Source: an uncultured virus (IMG/VR IMGVR_UViG_3300020165_000001) (lineage: Duplodnaviria; Heunggongvirae; Uroviricota; Caudoviricetes). Taken from it: a DNA stretch of 64,000 nucleotides. Positions 25,736 to 35,856 of this stretch are shown piece after piece. Below the pieces are notes generated by a model that was given only the letters and a program-made list of their open reading frames with translations, was not told the origin of the DNA and did no database searches. The stretch is from IMG/VR virus record IMGVR_UViG_3300020165_000001. One strand, given 5' to 3'. Positions within the stretch are counted from its first letter, which is position 1. Each line of letters begins with the position of its first letter. Both the position numbers and the translations under genes were made by a program.

Positions 25736-26418
25736 TGGATGAAATAGGACTAAACGAACTATTACAATTAATCATAAAAGAAAAAGGAGGTACACCTCAG
25801 CAGTATAACAAGATGATGGATTATATTGCTTTCCATGAAACTGGTCATAAGCAGAGAATGGATCCTAAAGCTAAACAGATTTCAGGTAATGAGAAGGATG
25901 GATTTTTTGATGGACCTGGAAGAGGTTTGTTTCAGTTTGAAGTAGGAGAAAATAAAGGAGGTAACTTAGCAGTTAATAGAACCGTTAATTATTTAGAAAG
26001 AAATGATCAGTTTGTGCCTCAGTGGTTAAGACAGTTATGGAGAGGCAAAAAAAGTGTTGATGTAAGTAAATTAAATGCCGATCAACAAAAGATGTTATTC
26101 TTAGGTTACCATAGAGAGCATCCTACATCTGACTTTACTAAGGTATGGAATAATAAACAAACTGTACAAAACTTTTGGGCTGAGAATCACTGGGCTGGAG
26201 ATAAAGAAAACCTTACAGCTAAACTAGCTTTATTTAATAAGAATATAACTGCAAAGGATTCTATTGACGCATTAAACATTAGAAAATCTGAGTTGTTTGG
26301 TCAAGACGATAAAGTTCCTTTTCAATCAGCTCAGAAAGATCCTAATAGATTACCTAAAGAATCTGATATATTAAAAAGCATATTTGGACAACAAACATCA
26401 TCTTTAATAAAACAATGA
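25735..26418 (+). CDS. Lysozyme-fold / lytic transglycosylase-like protein
   Basis: IAFHET (candidate catalytic Glu) and GRGLFQF. Confidence 0.55.
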   Translation: MDEIGLNELLQLIIKEKGGTPQQYNKMMDYIAFHETGHKQRMDPKAKQISGNEKDGFFDGPGRGLFQFEVGENKGGNLAVNRTVNYLERNDQFVPQWLRQLWRGKKSVDVSKLNADQQKMLFLGYHREHPTSDFTKVWNNKQTVQNFWAENHWAGDKENLTAKLALFNKNITAKDSIDALNIRKSELFGQDDKVPFQSAQKDPNRLPKESDILKSIFGQQTSSLIKQ

Positions 26419-26687
26419 GAGAAATAAACAGAGAAGATGGTAAGGTGTATACAATAGATGATTTCTATTTTTTGGAAAAGAATTATATAGATTTAGGTAA
26501 ATTAATAGAAGATGAAAAGTGGATTGTTAGTAGGTCTAAAAAAAATGGGTTTAGAGTTGTAAAATCTAACTGGTATATGCAAGATAATCCAGACTTTACA
26601 ATTGAGAGCGTTATCTATGGCACAACTCCTAAGCATACTAGTCCTATACGATATATGTTTAAATTACAATTAGAATATACTAAATAA
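26415..26687 (+). CDS. Hypothetical protein
   Basis: 90-aa coupled ORF. Confidence 0.5.
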   Translation: MREINREDGKVYTIDDFYFLEKNYIDLGKLIEDEKWIVSRSKKNGFRVVKSNWYMQDNPDFTIESVIYGTTPKHTSPIRYMFKLQLEYTK

Positions 26688-27217
26688 TGTACTTATTAAA
26701 GCTAAACAGGAAGGGCGATATTTATAAGGATGATGACGGATGTACTGGCGTACCAGAATTTCTTACACTCATTAAGAAAGAAAAATTCGGGCCTACGGCC
26801 CTCAAGTGGGTTGCCCTAGTCTGCGACTATGAAAGCCCATATAGGCACTACAGTGAAAATGAGAGAGTTAAGGCTGTTTCTAAAGACTTATATGATACTT
26901 ATACTTGGAAAGGAGCTAAAGACGCGTCTATAAAAGCAGCTTGTAAGAAATATACAGAACTACAATTTGATCCTTTAGATGAACAGCTTATAGCATTTAA
27001 CAATAAAATTAATCAGTTTACAGCTCTTATTGACGGAATGCATTTAGATGAAGAGAATGCTGAGTTATTACAAAAGCTAATGATAGGGGTTGAAAAGATA
27101 CTTAAGACTAGACAGTCTTTATTAGATGCTATAGACAGAAGAGGGGAAAGACAAAAGATAGCTGGAGATAAAGGATTGTCATTTTTAGAAAGAAGAAAAG
27201 AAATAAAAGAACTGTAA
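26687..27217 (+). CDS. Helical protein, candidate terminase small subunit
   Basis: DYESPY motif, C-terminal coiled coil, two genes upstream of TerL; the call is positional inference. Confidence 0.4.
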   Translation: MYLLKLNRKGDIYKDDDGCTGVPEFLTLIKKEKFGPTALKWVALVCDYESPYRHYSENERVKAVSKDLYDTYTWKGAKDASIKAACKKYTELQFDPLDEQLIAFNNKINQFTALIDGMHLDEENAELLQKLMIGVEKILKTRQSLLDAIDRRGERQKIAGDKGLSFLERRKEIKEL

Positions 27218-27444
27218 TGGCTAGAAGCAAAAAAGAAACAAAACATGATGTCAAATATCTTTACGCAAGATATATTAAGTTTTATAATAAAGCAGATATG
27301 GATAAGGCTGCTGAGTATCACGACTTAGCTATGAAGCTACATGGTGTGGATTTAGCACAAAGATATCACATGAAGATAGAAAAGAGGGAGCAGTCTAAAG
27401 GAACTTTTGGATTAGGTAAGACTAAACGATTAAGATATGGGTAA
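27217..27444 (+). CDS. Hypothetical protein
   Basis: 75-aa coupled ORF. Confidence 0.5.
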   Translation: MARSKKETKHDVKYLYARYIKFYNKADMDKAAEYHDLAMKLHGVDLAQRYHMKIEKREQSKGTFGLGKTKRLRYG

Positions 27445-29251
27445 GATAAAGTTTGATCCACAAAGATATCGCCCTATACCAAATAGTGGTCATCCTGATT
27501 TAAATCCTGACTCAGTGGCATATCAAGAGTATTGGGCTCAAGAAACTGATAGATGTTTACATGGGTATAAACCTAAAGGCATGAAAGCAATATCTGGCAA
27601 GTACTATTTCTATCTAAATTACTATATGATATTAGGTAATGACGGAACATCAGGTAATCGTAAGAATTTAATACATCCTTGGTACAGAACTATGGATCAT
27701 GAGTATTTTGATACAATAGAGCTGTGTAAAGAAGAAGGTAAGGGGATGATTGTTATTAAAGCCAGAGATAAGGGGTTTTCTTATATGAACTCAGGCGCTG
27801 TTGCTCATGAATATACATTCTATCCTTTTAATGATGTAGGTGTAGCTGCTGGACTGCAAGTTACAGCTGACGCATTCTTTGATAAAACTAGAAAAGGTCT
27901 TAATGGTATACACCCTAACTTTAAACACTCTGTACTTAAAGACACTGATGGTATAATGAGATCTGGATACAAACAAAAGAATAAAGACGGTAAGTGGGAG
28001 ATAGGTGGCTATCAATCTAACATTATATGTAGAACAATGGATAATCCTGAAGTATTCAAAGGAGAAAGGGTTTCTTTAATGATATTTGAAGAAGCAGGAG
28101 AATTTAAAAAACTTAAGAACGCTTACATGTCATCTAAAGCATGTTTTATGGATGGAGATATTCAGTTTGGAGTACCTATTGTCGGTGGAACTGGAGGGGA
28201 TATATCTAAAGCGTCTAAAGATTTTATGGATATGTATTATAGTCATGATGCTTATAATCTAATTCCTATGTTTATTCCAGCATCAAAAGCATACTATGGT
28301 TTCTTTGATATAGATACAGGTGTAGAAGACGAAAAGGGTGCAAGAGAAAAACTTATAGCAGATAGAGAGGATATACAGAAATCTGGAGATAATGAGGCAT
28401 ATAACTTACATATACAGAATTACCCTTTAACTGTAGAGGAGGCATTTTTAAATACTCACTCTTCAAGGTTTGATATTGCATTACTTAACGCACAAAGATC
28501 TAGAATATTATCAAGTAAAGACAATAGAAGTCAAATACAACAAGGCTTTTTAGATTGGCAATTAGGAGAGGGTGAACCTAAAGTAACTTGGAGGCCACAC
28601 CCTACTGGTCCATACAAAATATTAGCACATCCAGAGAAAGAATATAAGAATTTAGACATAGGTGGTATTGATAGTTATGATCAAGATCAAGCTGGAGCAT
28701 CAGATTCCTTGGGTAGTGCAATAATTTATCGTAGATTTGCAAATACAGAAATGCCGAGCGATTACGTGGTTGCAGAATATACAGATAGACCCCCTAAGAA
28801 GGAAGATTTTTGGGATGGTTGTTTAAAGCTCGCTGTGTATTATAACTCTAAAATGCTGGTAGAGTATACAAAGATAGGTATATTAGATTACTTTAAACGT
28901 ATGAATGCGCTAAAGTATTTAAAAGAAAAGCCAGAGTCTGCACATAACCCTGGTACAAAAACTAGAAACAGGTATGGTGTGCATATGAATAAGCAGGTTA
29001 AAGCTCTTATGGAAGATTTGATAGATGATTATTTAAGAGAGAGTGCTCAAGACATATGGTTTATTGACTTGATAGATGAGCTTGCTAATTATGGATTGCA
29101 AAATACGGATAGGGCTATGGCTTTTGGTTTGTGTTTAATTCATAATATAGATAATTATAGAATGAAGGCGTCTATACAAGAAAAGGTGAAGGATATAGGA
29201 TTTAAATATTATAAAATGGGATATAATGGAATCCCTACAGAAATAAAATAA
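27437..29251 (+). CDS. terL: Terminase large subunit (crAss-like)
   Basis: KARDKGFS (Walker A), LMIFEEAGE (Walker B), GGTGG, nuclease GGIDSYD and DRAMA motifs. Confidence 0.95.
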   Translation: MGKIKFDPQRYRPIPNSGHPDLNPDSVAYQEYWAQETDRCLHGYKPKGMKAISGKYYFYLNYYMILGNDGTSGNRKNLIHPWYRTMDHEYFDTIELCKEEGKGMIVIKARDKGFSYMNSGAVAHEYTFYPFNDVGVAAGLQVTADAFFDKTRKGLNGIHPNFKHSVLKDTDGIMRSGYKQKNKDGKWEIGGYQSNIICRTMDNPEVFKGERVSLMIFEEAGEFKKLKNAYMSSKACFMDGDIQFGVPIVGGTGGDISKASKDFMDMYYSHDAYNLIPMFIPASKAYYGFFDIDTGVEDEKGAREKLIADREDIQKSGDNEAYNLHIQNYPLTVEEAFLNTHSSRFDIALLNAQRSRILSSKDNRSQIQQGFLDWQLGEGEPKVTWRPHPTGPYKILAHPEKEYKNLDIGGIDSYDQDQAGASDSLGSAIIYRRFANTEMPSDYVVAEYTDRPPKKEDFWDGCLKLAVYYNSKMLVEYTKIGILDYFKRMNALKYLKEKPESAHNPGTKTRNRYGVHMNKQVKALMEDLIDDYLRESAQDIWFIDLIDELANYGLQNTDRAMAFGLCLIHNIDNYRMKASIQEKVKDIGFKYYKMGYNGIPTEIK

Positions 29252-29255
29252 AATT

Positions 29256-31559
29256 ATGGATCAGAAATACACATCAATGCCATCAATGGTTATTGCAGAC
29301 AAAGAAAAAAATGACGAATGGTGCGAGCAAGTTTTAAATGCAATCACAAGCTACATGAGTTCAGATGGTGGCGAGTATTCTACTTCAAGAACTAGAGACA
29401 TTAGGAATTATCAGATTTATAATGGAGAATTAAATCAAGGTGATTATAAATATATAACTGAGCAATATGGATTAACATATCCAGCTAGATTGGTTAATTA
29501 TCCTATCATAACACCTAAGATTGATCTTTTAATTGGAGAAGAGATAAGAAGACCTATTGACATGAAAGTTACTACAGTTAATAAAGCTGCTGTAATTAGA
29601 AAGCAAGATCATAAAGTAAGTTTAATGATGAGAGAGCTTTTAGATGAATTTCATCAAGAGATGAGAGAGACTATGAAAGTTGATGTTAAGGAAGAGGGGC
29701 AAGGTATTCCTGTACCAGAAGATATAGAAACTTATATGAAATACAACTATCGTGAGATGATAGAAGAAACAGCTCAAGATGGATTAGAGTATATATCTAA
29801 TAGGTATAATCTAAAAGACGTGTTTAAGGAAGGATTTAGAGACTTATTAGTTACATCAAAAGAGTTTCATAAAGTAAGTATTCAAAATGGAGATCCATAC
29901 GTAAGGAGAGTTGACCCTAGAAATATAATATTTGATAGTTCTGCACATTCAGATTACTTAGATGACTGTAGTTGGGTGGGTGAAGAAAGATGGATATCTG
30001 TTAATGAAATAAACGATGAGTTTAAAGATAGCTTAACTACTAAAGATTTAGAAGAGTTAGATAAAATGAGAAATCTTTATGCTGGTGGAGATATGAATAA
30101 TTACAACTCTAGCTTAGAATGGATTGACGCTGGACACGGAAAAGAAACTAGAATTAGAGTGGTAACTGCAGAGTGGAAATCTCTTAGAGCAATTAAATTT
30201 AAATTATCTGACAATAAGTATGATCCTAATAGACCATTTAGAAAAATGGTAAAAGACACTTATAGAAAAAGAAAAGGTGATAGGATAGAAACTAAATGGG
30301 TGGATGATGTTTGGGAAGCTACAAAAATTGGAGGTAAAATTTTAGTAAACGCAAGAAGAAGAGATAATCAAGTAAGAAGTATAGATAATCCAGGTAAAAC
30401 TCCATTGTCTTATGTAGGATGTGTGAAGGGTAATACTTCTGGCTCTCCTGCTTCTATTGTAGATTTGTTAGACAATGTACAAATGCTTTATAATATTGTT
30501 GTTTACCAAATAGAATTAGCTATGGCTCGTTCTGGTGGTAAAGCTGTGGTATATGATGTATCGCAATTACCTACTAATGTTGGTATGGATATACAGCAAG
30601 TATTGTACCACTTAAAAACAGATGGTATTATACCTATTAACTCAAAAGATGAGGGTAATCAAATGAGTAGCTTTAATCAGTTCCAACAAATTGACTTTAC
30701 TTTATCGCAATCTGTACAACAGTTAATTAACCTTAAAGTAATGTTAGAAGATATGGCAGGTCAAATATCAGGAGTTACCAGACAAAGAGAAGGAGCTGTA
30801 GAAAAGTATGAGTACGTTGGTAATGTGCAAAGAAGTGTAGTGCAATCTTCAACTATAACAGAAAGCTGGTTCTATTCACATGCAGAAGTAAAACAAAGAG
30901 TGTTAGAAAGACTATGCAATCTAATGAAGGTTGCTTGGGCAGGAGGTAAAAAAGCTGGAATGATATTAGGTGATGGTGCTTATAAATTCTTAAATGTTAT
31001 GCCAGATGTAGCGTTACAAGACTTTGGCGTATATGTAGGTGATAGTGGTAAAGATGATGCAATGAAGCAAGTTGTACAGCAATTAGCTCAAGCTGCTTTA
31101 CAGGCAGGGTCTGTTGACTTATTAGGTGTTATTAAAGTTCTTAGATCTGATACAATGACTGAAGCTGAGAAAGTGTTAGAACAAGCTATGAGTGAAATGC
31201 AAAAACAACAAGAGGTTGCTATGCAACAGCAACAACAAGCTCAACAAGCTGCTGCTGAAGCTGAACAAGCTAAATTCCAAGCTGAGGCTCAACTTAAACA
31301 AATGGATAATGAAGCTAAAATACAAGTTGCTAAAATTGGTTCAGACTCTAGGTTGAAAGTTGCTAAAATACAAGCTGAAGTTGATAGAGATTTACATGAT
31401 ACTAAAGAAAGAAATGAAATGGACAAGAAGGCGGCCGACTACTATATTGATAGAAAAAATAGAGAGAGCGAGGCTAATTTGCAGAAAGAAGAAAAAGCAA
31501 AAAGCACTGGAACATCCACAACATCAAATGATTTAAAAAGAGCGGCAGAGAAGTTATAA
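29256..31559 (+). CDS. Portal protein (crAss-like)
   Basis: Directly follows TerL; NYPIITPKIDLLIGEE, WVDDVWEATKIG, SGVTRQREG; Gln-rich C-terminal barrel. Confidence 0.9.
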   Translation: MDQKYTSMPSMVIADKEKNDEWCEQVLNAITSYMSSDGGEYSTSRTRDIRNYQIYNGELNQGDYKYITEQYGLTYPARLVNYPIITPKIDLLIGEEIRRPIDMKVTTVNKAAVIRKQDHKVSLMMRELLDEFHQEMRETMKVDVKEEGQGIPVPEDIETYMKYNYREMIEETAQDGLEYISNRYNLKDVFKEGFRDLLVTSKEFHKVSIQNGDPYVRRVDPRNIIFDSSAHSDYLDDCSWVGEERWISVNEINDEFKDSLTTKDLEELDKMRNLYAGGDMNNYNSSLEWIDAGHGKETRIRVVTAEWKSLRAIKFKLSDNKYDPNRPFRKMVKDTYRKRKGDRIETKWVDDVWEATKIGGKILVNARRRDNQVRSIDNPGKTPLSYVGCVKGNTSGSPASIVDLLDNVQMLYNIVVYQIELAMARSGGKAVVYDVSQLPTNVGMDIQQVLYHLKTDGIIPINSKDEGNQMSSFNQFQQIDFTLSQSVQQLINLKVMLEDMAGQISGVTRQREGAVEKYEYVGNVQRSVVQSSTITESWFYSHAEVKQRVLERLCNLMKVAWAGGKKAGMILGDGAYKFLNVMPDVALQDFGVYVGDSGKDDAMKQVVQQLAQAALQAGSVDLLGVIKVLRSDTMTEAEKVLEQAMSEMQKQQEVAMQQQQQAQQAAAEAEQAKFQAEAQLKQMDNEAKIQVAKIGSDSRLKVAKIQAEVDRDLHDTKERNEMDKKAADYYIDRKNRESEANLQKEEKAKSTGTSTTSNDLKRAAEKL

Positions 31560-31570
31560 TAAATTATTCG

Positions 31571-31578
31571 TATATTTG
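31571..31578 (+). promoter_or_regulatory. Bacteroidota-type -7 promoter element
   Basis: TATATTTG, intergenic before the scaffold/MCP genes. Confidence 0.65.
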
Positions 31579-31612
31579 CAAACTTAGGGAGTATTAATTT
31601 AAATTAAATAAA

Positions 31613-32632
31613 ATGGCAAAAGAAGAGTCAAAATTAGTAGATGAAGTAGCTGAAACAGCAGAAGCTACTACAGAAGAAACAGGGATTAAGGATGAATTTA
31701 ATCCTCTAGCTTTTACAGAAGATAATTATGGAGAGCTAGGAACAGAAGATAAAACTGAAGATGCAGAAGAAGATGTTAAGTCTGAAAAGGAAGAAGAGCA
31801 AGAGCAGGCAGACGGATGGGGATGGGATAAAGCAAAGGAAGAAGAAGAGGTTGTAGAAGAAGAAGAAGAAGACGATGATTGGGATTCAGAAAAGACAGAA
31901 GAAACTGAAGAGTCTAATAAAGATGGTTTAAGCTGGTCACAAGTTGGTAAAGAGATAGGGTTGAACGTTAATTCTAAAGAAGAGTTTTTAAAAACACTTA
32001 ACGACTATGCTGAGCAATTAAAAGAACAAAATGCGCAACCAGCTCCTAATAGTCAGATAACTGAGTTAAGAGGATATCTAGCTTTAAGTGATAGAGATTT
32101 AGTTGCTGAGGAATTAAAAGCTGATGGAATAGAGGCTGCTGACATAGAAGACTCTTTAGATAAACTAGAGGATTCTGGAATGATGAAGATGAAAGCTAAA
32201 AGCGTTAGAAGAGTAATAGGTAATGCTATTGATCAACAAGCTGCACAAGCTAAACAATCACAAGCGCAAGAAGCAAAGAAACAACAGGAAGACATAAAGA
32301 ATGCTAAGAGTGGCTTGAAAAAGCAAATCAAAAGCATGGGAGAATTTATGGGGGGAAAAGTAACAAAGAAACAGAAAGAAGAAGTATATCGTTATGCTAC
32401 TACCGATATGATGAAAGACATATATGAGGATCACGCCAATGTTGCTGATGTCGCTATGTTTATGTTGTATCGTAAGCAAATAGAGAAAATTCTTCGTTCT
32501 CAAGGATTGGAAGACGGCAAAGCCACTATCATGGATAGTATAGTTTCACCAAACCTTAACAACGGAAAAAGCAAATCTAATTTCAAAGTGAAGTCAGGTT
32601 CGTTTGATCCAAAAGCGTTCATGGGCGAGTAA
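31613..32632 (+). CDS. Acidic capsid scaffolding/assembly protein
   Basis: Very Glu/Asp-rich N-half and helical C-half; lies between portal and MCP. Confidence 0.65.
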   Translation: MAKEESKLVDEVAETAEATTEETGIKDEFNPLAFTEDNYGELGTEDKTEDAEEDVKSEKEEEQEQADGWGWDKAKEEEEVVEEEEEDDDWDSEKTEETEESNKDGLSWSQVGKEIGLNVNSKEEFLKTLNDYAEQLKEQNAQPAPNSQITELRGYLALSDRDLVAEELKADGIEAADIEDSLDKLEDSGMMKMKAKSVRRVIGNAIDQQAAQAKQSQAQEAKKQQEDIKNAKSGLKKQIKSMGEFMGGKVTKKQKEEVYRYATTDMMKDIYEDHANVADVAMFMLYRKQIEKILRSQGLEDGKATIMDSIVSPNLNNGKSKSNFKVKSGSFDPKAFMGE

Positions 32633-32718
32633 GCTTAAAAAGTAAGACAAAGTCTACTCATAGTTGAAAGTTAATTGGGCAAATATGTAAAATGTTTAAT
32701 TAATAAAAATTTAAAAAA

Positions 32719-34233
32719 ATGGCTGTAACTTCAACGGGTACATACGGGAAAGGAACAACTGCTGCGAATGCACTTAACGCAAATTTGTTACAACATCCTG
32801 AAATAGCTAGAACTTTAATATCTCTTTACCCGAGATATTCAATGACATATCTTTTAGAAAGAACTAGAAGAATGGCAAGTGAAAAAGTTTTAGGAGATAA
32901 TTCTTACGAATGGAAAGTAATGAACCGTCTAAATAGAAAAACAATGATTGAAACTCACGGTACTGATGCATCAAACGGTGCTGGTGGTGCTGCTGCTGCT
33001 GGGTCTAAAATTACTGGAACTAAATTTGAAGCTTCTTCAGGTGGAGGTGCTGAAGATCAATTTAATTTATTTGATGTAGTTAGATACCCATCTGGTGGTA
33101 CTGCACTTGTAGTAGCTGGGCCTTCTACAAACGCTTATACTTTAGAGGCAATTACTGCAATTACTGCTGCTGATAACTCTGTAGGAAGTGTTATAGGTAG
33201 AATTGGTTCTGCATTTCCTGCTGGGTCTGCTGGATCTGATGTAGGTGAAAACTTTGCTTACCCAGATACTTACAAAAACTGGATGACTATCAATAGAAAG
33301 AAATGTACAATCACTGGTAAAGACGCTACTGATGTTTCTTGGATTGAGAATAATGGTCAATCACTTTGGTACTTTACTAAAGAGCAACAAATGATGGATC
33401 AGTTTATGTATGAGCAAGAATTACAAAGATGGTATGGACAAACGTCTGTAGCTACTGGTGCTACTAACTACTCTGCTACTAACACTGATATTATTAGTGA
33501 AATTGCTGTTGGTACTGCTGGAGCTGGTTCTTATGGAGACGGATCTTTAAGAGCTGCATCTACAACTACTGACGGTAGCTTTACTATTGGTGATGGTGTA
33601 TTAGCTCAAATTAGCTCATCTAATCAAGCTTCTTATTCTGCTGGAACATTAACTGAAGATATTATTACTGAGTTTATCGGTAAGATCTCTTTAAATGCTC
33701 AAGGTGCTGAAGGTAATGAGTGGGTTGTATTTACTGGAACTGAAGGACGTATTGCTTTCCATAGAGCTATGAAAGATCTTATTGTTGCTCCTGCTGGTGC
33801 AATGACAGGTGGATCTATGACTGATGTAAAAGCTGGTTCTGATATTTCTTTAGGTGGAAACTTTACTTCTTACTACGCGTTAGGTAATAAAATTACTATT
33901 GCTTACTGCCCAGTATTTGATGATCCGCACGTACATGGTGCTTCAGGTGGAACTAACTCATTTGGTGATACAAGATTGAAAGAATCTATGAAGATGGTAT
34001 TCATGGACTTCGGATCAACTTCTGGTGTTTCTAATGTAGAGTTAATCACTAAAGGTGCTAACGGAATTAATCGTTCATTAGTTAAGAAATATGTTGGTGG
34101 TATGGTAAACCCTTACGATACTAAATCAATGATGGCTGCTAATGGTGATGATAGATTCCAATGTCACGTATTATCTGAGTCAGGTATTATCGTAAGAAAC
34201 CCGCTTTCTTGTGGTATTTTATCTGCATCATAA
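32719..34233 (+). CDS. Major capsid protein (crAss-like)
   Basis: YEWKV...RKKCTITG...EQELQRWYG...GDGVLAQI...TGTEG...FDD...GIIVRNP; biased codon use; position. Confidence 0.9.
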   Translation: MAVTSTGTYGKGTTAANALNANLLQHPEIARTLISLYPRYSMTYLLERTRRMASEKVLGDNSYEWKVMNRLNRKTMIETHGTDASNGAGGAAAAGSKITGTKFEASSGGGAEDQFNLFDVVRYPSGGTALVVAGPSTNAYTLEAITAITAADNSVGSVIGRIGSAFPAGSAGSDVGENFAYPDTYKNWMTINRKKCTITGKDATDVSWIENNGQSLWYFTKEQQMMDQFMYEQELQRWYGQTSVATGATNYSATNTDIISEIAVGTAGAGSYGDGSLRAASTTTDGSFTIGDGVLAQISSSNQASYSAGTLTEDIITEFIGKISLNAQGAEGNEWVVFTGTEGRIAFHRAMKDLIVAPAGAMTGGSMTDVKAGSDISLGGNFTSYYALGNKITIAYCPVFDDPHVHGASGGTNSFGDTRLKESMKMVFMDFGSTSGVSNVELITKGANGINRSLVKKYVGGMVNPYDTKSMMAANGDDRFQCHVLSESGIIVRNPLSCGILSAS

Positions 34234-34252
34234 TTAAGTTAATAATTTGATA

Positions 34253-34273
34253 GAGGGGGGCTTTGGCCTCCCA
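34253..34273 (+). terminator. Probable hairpin after MCP
   Basis: GGGGGGC-TTTG-GCCTCCC; no clear U-tract. Confidence 0.4.
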
Positions 34274-34299
34274 ATATCGCCTAAAAACAAAATAAAAAA

Positions 34300-34773
34300 A
34301 TGGCAAATTATTTAGATATTTCAGGAAAATCCTCAGAAGCTGGGCAAGGAAGACTGCCTAAGCTAAGAGGTCAAATTGCTCCAACGAGCACAATAACATC
34401 AAGCACAACACTATATGATTACAATAGTGATACTACTTATTTTTTAGATGGTAGTGGTGTAGAAGATGCAATTCTTAACGTTACCTTACCTACTGCAAAA
34501 GCAGGTGTTGTTTTTAAGTTTATTTTAAAAGCAATTGGTGATGAAGCAGCTGAAGATATTACTATCACTCAAGCTGCAAGTGATGAGGATTTTGTTGGTA
34601 CAATTGTAACTGGAGCTGGAGGTAGCGATACTGCTGTATCTGGTGATACAAAAATTGTTTTTGATCAATCTGGTGGTGCTGTTGCAGGAGACCAAGTGTC
34701 TTTAGAGTGCGATGGTACAAATTGGTACGTTAAAGGAACTTGCGATGCTGCAGGTGGTGTAGTTTTTGGATAG
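34300..34773 (+). CDS. Capsid decoration/auxiliary protein
   Basis: VTLPTAKAG...GDQVSLECDGTNWYV; follows MCP. Confidence 0.6.
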   Translation: MANYLDISGKSSEAGQGRLPKLRGQIAPTSTITSSTTLYDYNSDTTYFLDGSGVEDAILNVTLPTAKAGVVFKFILKAIGDEAAEDITITQAASDEDFVGTIVTGAGGSDTAVSGDTKIVFDQSGGAVAGDQVSLECDGTNWYVKGTCDAAGGVVFG

Positions 34774-34792
34774 TAATTAATTATTGGAAGAC

Positions 34793-34812
34793 GGAGGGGC
34801 TCAGTCCCCTCC
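34793..34812 (+). terminator. Hairpin
   Basis: GGAGGGGC-TCA-GTCCCCTCC. Confidence 0.45.
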
Positions 34813-34832
34813 AAATTCCTTATATTTGCAAG

Positions 34833-35060
34833 ATGAAAACAAGATTAGTAGTAAGAGATGGAAAGGTAGTAGAGTTAAAAGAAGATGAAGTATTAAGAAG
34901 TACAAAAGAACAAAAGGCGTTTAGTATTGGTAAGGCTAGTGGATTAACATGGGGAAAGAGAGGTTATCAAAAGACTAGAATATCAACAAACGAACAAGGA
35001 CAAAGAAGAATATTTAAAGAGACTGCAAAAAAGTCTAAATATTATATAAACAAAAAATAA
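34833..35060 (+). CDS. Small basic protein
   Basis: Likely start MKTRLVV (ATG34833), 4 nt after TATATTTG at 34821-34828. Confidence 0.55.
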   Translation: MKTRLVVRDGKVVELKEDEVLRSTKEQKAFSIGKASGLTWGKRGYQKTRISTNEQGQRRIFKETAKKSKYYINKK

Positions 35061-35088
35061 CAGGGAGTATTAACTAAAACAAAAAAAG

Positions 35089-35847
35089 ATGGCACATTTA
35101 ATTTATGTAAAAGCAAGAGATGACAAAAGATTTTCTTACGTTAAGTTTGGAACTTACACACAAAGAAACGGTAAAAAATCAGTATTATTAAATCCAGACG
35201 ATATAGTTGTAGATGGTTGGGAAATGACAAGCGCATTAACAACACTAAATATTGATGATGAGTATGATAAAAGAATTTATGATTTTTTATTAGAACATCC
35301 TTTTATTCTACAAAACAAGCATTACGAATTAATAGACACTAAAGCTAATGTTAAAAAGCAGGCTGATAGTATATTAAAATCAGCAGAAGCAGTTCAAGTA
35401 GCTACAGGAATTAAAGATAATGAATTATCTGACCTTACAAAACTATTTGGTATTGGTGATGGCTTTGATAATGATATTGTAAGAGCAAAACTTATTCAAA
35501 TGGCAGGACAAGCTCCTGATAAGTTCTTAGAAATATATAAAGACGCAGACAAGTCTTACCGTGTATTTTTAAAGAAAGCATTAGAGAAAAAAGTAATACA
35601 AAAAGTAAATGATGTTTGGAAACATAATAACTATACTTTAGGTATTTCTGATGAGCATGCAATAGCTTGGTTAAAAGAAAATTCAGACGTTTATGCTATA
35701 ATGAAAAATCAAGTAAGAGGTAATTTTGCTAAGAAAGAAGTTGAGATGGAAGTATCAACTGAAGACATGACTTCTAGTGAAGGAGTTTCTGCATTAGAAA
35801 AAGCTGTAGATGCTCAGAAAGGATGGTTTAAAAAAGGTCAGAAATAA
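35089..35847 (+). CDS. Conserved capsid-module protein of crAss-like phages
   Basis: FLLEHP...PDKFL...LG...AIAWLK; lies between capsid and ring genes. Confidence 0.5.
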   Translation: MAHLIYVKARDDKRFSYVKFGTYTQRNGKKSVLLNPDDIVVDGWEMTSALTTLNIDDEYDKRIYDFLLEHPFILQNKHYELIDTKANVKKQADSILKSAEAVQVATGIKDNELSDLTKLFGIGDGFDNDIVRAKLIQMAGQAPDKFLEIYKDADKSYRVFLKKALEKKVIQKVNDVWKHNNYTLGISDEHAIAWLKENSDVYAIMKNQVRGNFAKKEVEMEVSTEDMTSSEGVSALEKAVDAQKGWFKKGQK

Positions 35848-35856
35848 TACTAATAA

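Noticed and set aside
27437..34233. Introns or inteins in TerL, portal or MCP
   Set aside because: The ORFs are continuous and of ordinary length, with no intein or homing-endonuclease motifs seen.
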